From an uncultured Candidatus Poseidoniales archaeon (GTDB taxonomy: Archaea; Thermoplasmatota; Poseidoniia; Poseidoniales; Thalassarchaeaceae), in assembly GCA_964645485.1 (NCBI GenBank), contig CAZXZO010000031.1, forward strand, positions 220 to 18,432: 18,213 nucleotides of DNA, written 5' to 3'. The notes under the pieces are model-generated. The model ran no database searches, was not told the DNA's origin, and saw only the letters and a list, made by a program, of their open reading frames with translations. Each line of letters opens with the position of its first letter. Position 1 is the stretch's first letter. Shown in pieces: positions 15,531 to 18,213 of the stretch. Position numbers and translations under genes: made by a program.

Positions 15531-16859
15531 TCATCTACGTGGTGGGCCGCGTTTTTTAGGACCGCTGGGAGGTCCGCCACGCTTTGGTGGACCGCCTCTA
15601 CTCGGTGGACCACCCGGGCCACCTGAACCTCGATTTGGAGGACCGCCTCTACTCGGTGGACCACCGGGGCCACCTGAACCTCGACTTGGAGGACCGCCTC
15701 TACTTGGTGGACCACCCGGGCCACCTGGACCGCGACTTGGTGGACCGCCTCTACTTGGTGGACCACCCGGGCCACCTGGACCTCGACTTGGAGGACCGCC
15801 TCTACTCGGTGGACCACCCGGGCCACCGGGACCTCTACTTGGAGGACCGCCTCGACTTGGTGGACCACCCCGGCCACCTGGACCGCCTCGGGGTGCATCA
15901 TCGACATAGTCATCTTCTTCATCATCATCTTCGAACATGGCGCCACAACTCGGGCAAGCAGGGTCTGATTCCATTACCGGATAATGACCACAAGCCTCGC
16001 AAGCGAACTGTTCTTCGTCGTCTTCTACCTCTTCTTCTTCTGGTACATCACCCCATACATGGGAAACTTCACCTTCGGTAGAGGAAAATAGTACCACAGA
16101 TACAGAGAGTTCGAGTCCTTTGAGAGCAACCTCGGTTTGAATTGCATGTGAGAATGCATTGGAAAGATCTGAGGGTGTGTCTAAGACCCTCCCATCATCG
16201 ATGTAAGTTACATTGACTCGTACCAAATCATCTTCCAAAGAAATTTGTGGTGATTCAACCGCAACTCCTCTCTTGCGCGCGACACGGCGAACAGCAACCT
16301 CGGCCATTCTTCTGAGCAGACCAACGGAAGGCCCATCCTTTGGGTCAGGAGAAGCATCACCCAACGCGTCTTCTAGGAAGCGAGCCGCACCTGAAGCAAC
16401 TTCATCTTCCCGACGAAGGTGAGCAGGTAACTCAGAATTCACTTGAGAAAGGACATCTGTAGCTGTCTGTTGATTCATAGAAAGCCATTCATTGCGGGCT
16501 TCTGATTTTTGTTCCTTCTCAGCAACAACCATTCTGTCAACAATTTGATTATTTCCAGATATCGCTCCGTCAAATGCACCAGAAATATCTGGTGCCGCAT
16601 TTTCAGTAGGTGCCCCATCAGGAACCTCTGCAGTTTGACCAGTTTTCATCTGGAATGCAAGTCGATTAAGAGTATCAACATCCATTGGTTGAGGTGCTGG
16701 TTGACCCTCTGCCCCATCTTGTTCAGAGGATTGAACGGCTTGAGGAGTAACGACCCCGAAAGAACGAGCACCGGCGTTTGACAAGTCTTGCCTTGCACCA
16801 CACTCTGGGCAGAAAATTGAGTCGTCGGGGATTTCATCTGAGCATGATTGGCAGTCCAA
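15531..16859 (-). CDS. Double zinc-ribbon protein with acidic segments and a C-terminal Gly/Pro/Arg (RGG/GPP) repeat tail
   Basis: N-terminal CQSC...CPECG, internal CEACG...CPSCG and six 17-aa repeats. TTG start 7 nt after a GGAGGG SD. Confidence 0.85.
   Translation of the reverse strand: MDCQSCSDEIPDDSIFCPECGARQDLSNAGARSFGVVTPQAVQSSEQDGAEGQPAPQPMDVDTLNRLAFQMKTGQTAEVPDGAPTENAAPDISGAFDGAISGNNQIVDRMVVAEKEQKSEARNEWLSMNQQTATDVLSQVNSELPAHLRREDEVASGAARFLEDALGDASPDPKDGPSVGLLRRMAEVAVRRVARKRGVAVESPQISLEDDLVRVNVTYIDDGRVLDTPSDLSNAFSHAIQTEVALKGLELSVSVVLFSSTEGEVSHVWGDVPEEEEVEDDEEQFACEACGHYPVMESDPACPSCGAMFEDDDEEDDYVDDAPRGGPGGRGGPPSRGGPPSRGPGGPGGPPSRGGPPSRGPGGPGGPPSRGGPPSRGPGGPGGPPSRGGPPSRGSGGPGGPPSRGGPPNRGSGGPGGPPSRGGPPKRGGPPSGPKKRGPPRR
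15584..15889 (-). repeat. 51-bp coding tandem repeat, 6 units (G[P/S]GGPGGPPSRGGPP[S/N/K]R)
   Basis: GGACCGCCTC(T/G)ACT recurs on the + strand at ~15589, 15640, 15691, 15742, 15793 and 15844. Confidence 0.92.
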
Positions 16860-17062
16860 GGCTAAACCCTCCTACAACCCTACGGGTTGCCACCTCAATA
16901 AAAACCGTTGCCGCGGATAGATTTTTTTTCATGCTGTTTCATCGACGTTTGTTTGCTACTAGAACCGAATCATTGAGCCTTTAATCGCAGGTTCTCGCTA
17001 ATTATTTATGGAATACAATTTGTTGGTTGATATGTTCACGGTCCTGTGACAAGTTATGACCA

Positions 17063-18076
17063 TCAAAGATGCCGATTTGCTCGCAAAATTTTCATGCACT
17101 TTTTCTTGAAGAACATTGCCAACAATGTCTTGTTCTTCAGCCGTTTAATTTCAGGTCGTAACACCTTCACTCGATTGTTTCCATCAAGAACATTTTGAGA
17201 GCCTAACAATGTCAGAGTTCTCTGCCCAATAAGGACTGGTAACATACAAGCGGCTCTAAGTCTAAATTGGCGCTTTGGTAACAACCTAATGTATTCAACC
17301 GCCGCATCCAAATGACTCCAAGCCAAATCAAGATAAATATCGTAAAGTGGGCGGAATTTTCCCATATTTTGCAGGTCCTGTAAATCACTTGGAACTAGGT
17401 CATAACTTGTCATTGAATCAATTGGAATGTAGCACCTACCTAAAGCCAAATCAGCAGGGATATCTCGTAAAATATTAATCAGTTGTAATGCCTTACCAAA
17501 ACGCACACCATGTTCAAACATGAGTTTCTCTGTATCTTCATCGGCATTGATACAATGAGCCAACGACATCTGAGTCCAAAATTCCCCGACACAACCAGCC
17601 ACTCGGTAAGTATAATCATCTAGTTCATTATCTTCAGATAGAGGTGTTATTGTGCCTTTTTCAACATTACCAAAGCGTTGTAAATCAAGAGTTTGGCCGC
17701 TAACAATTGTATCCAAACAATGCCTGATTATTTTCTGATCAGCGTCTGAAAATCGCTCTAAAGAATTAACAACTTCACTAACTTTTTCTAGTAATTTTGC
17801 CTCGTCAGGATTAGTCTGAAGTTGTGCTAAATCGCTCAGATTTGGGGAGTCATCTCGATTGCCTTGAGCATACTCGTTGTATTCCCTAATATTGTCAATT
17901 AATTGGTTGGTATTCCCGCTAGCAGAATCTGCAATCGTGTCCGCCAATCTCGCCAACAGGTAGAGCAAACCAATTTGACCGCGAATCTTTGTTGGTAAAA
18001 CCTTCAAAGTTAGATAGAAAGAACGTGAGGTTTGCTCAAGCAGAGAGTCAATCTCTGGACTGATTAATTTAGCCAT
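17063..18076 (-). CDS. Squalene/phytoene synthase family protein, squalene synthase (FDFT1-like) subtype
   Basis: TSRSF flap, DTIAD, YTYRVAGCVG, LQLINILRDIPAD...GRCYIP, ACMLP and RVKVLR motifs. SD GGAGGT favours the ATG at 18076 over 18169. Confidence 0.85.
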   Translation of the reverse strand: MAKLISPEIDSLLEQTSRSFYLTLKVLPTKIRGQIGLLYLLARLADTIADSASGNTNQLIDNIREYNEYAQGNRDDSPNLSDLAQLQTNPDEAKLLEKVSEVVNSLERFSDADQKIIRHCLDTIVSGQTLDLQRFGNVEKGTITPLSEDNELDDYTYRVAGCVGEFWTQMSLAHCINADEDTEKLMFEHGVRFGKALQLINILRDIPADLALGRCYIPIDSMTSYDLVPSDLQDLQNMGKFRPLYDIYLDLAWSHLDAAVEYIRLLPKRQFRLRAACMLPVLIGQRTLTLLGSQNVLDGNNRVKVLRPEIKRLKNKTLLAMFFKKKCMKILRANRHL

Positions 18077-18213
18077 GACTCTACCTCCACTTGACCTGTT
18101 AGTAACCTGTTCTTGCCCCGGTATTAATCTCTTTTCAAACGGAGATACACCCTTTCCCACTCCAATCATTGCGTTCGGCCCTTAGGGCCGTTGGGTTCAT
18201 TAAGAGATGTTAA

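Noticed and set aside
15494-16081. ORFs 15494..15946 (-) and 15584..16081 (+) with repetitive V/H/Q or D/H/L sequences
   Set aside because: These are alternative-frame shadows of the 51-bp G/P/R coding repeat.
18077-18169. 31-residue N-terminal extension of the squalene synthase
   Set aside because: A strong GGAGGT SD precedes ATG 18076, and family similarity begins just after it.

Overview
This is a gene-dense, mostly housekeeping archaeal window. The mix of genes is most consistent with Marine Group II Euryarchaeota (Ca. Poseidoniales); that taxonomy is inferred from gene content, not searched. Archaeal markers are eS1/S3Ae, archaeal-type TpiA and a UPF0201 protein. Bacterial-type genes are fdxA, sucCD and a LysE exporter. 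There is also an S8 lipoprotein protease and a collagen/beta-propeller surface protein. About 20 CDS are supportable. I see no rRNA, tRNA, CRISPR array, integrase or transposase, and no clearly complete novel multi-gene system. The strongest unexplained signals are: (1) an identical 22-bp palindromic element at two convergent gene junctions, bracketing a ~2 kb cluster of small membrane/orphan genes, with a possible degenerate third copy at another convergent junction; (2) duplicated 3' ends of housekeeping genes (a 54-bp tpiA tail with mostly third-position divergence, and 24-bp x3 at the sucD stop); (3) a Cas4/RecB-like protein that keeps its four Fe-S cysteines but appears catalytically dead; (4) low-complexity or eukaryote-like modules on archaeal proteins (eS1 with an acidic linker and SAP domain, a double zinc-ribbon protein with an RGG/GPP repeat tail, and an AN1-like Cys-rich microprotein). 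All family calls come from motif recognition by eye.
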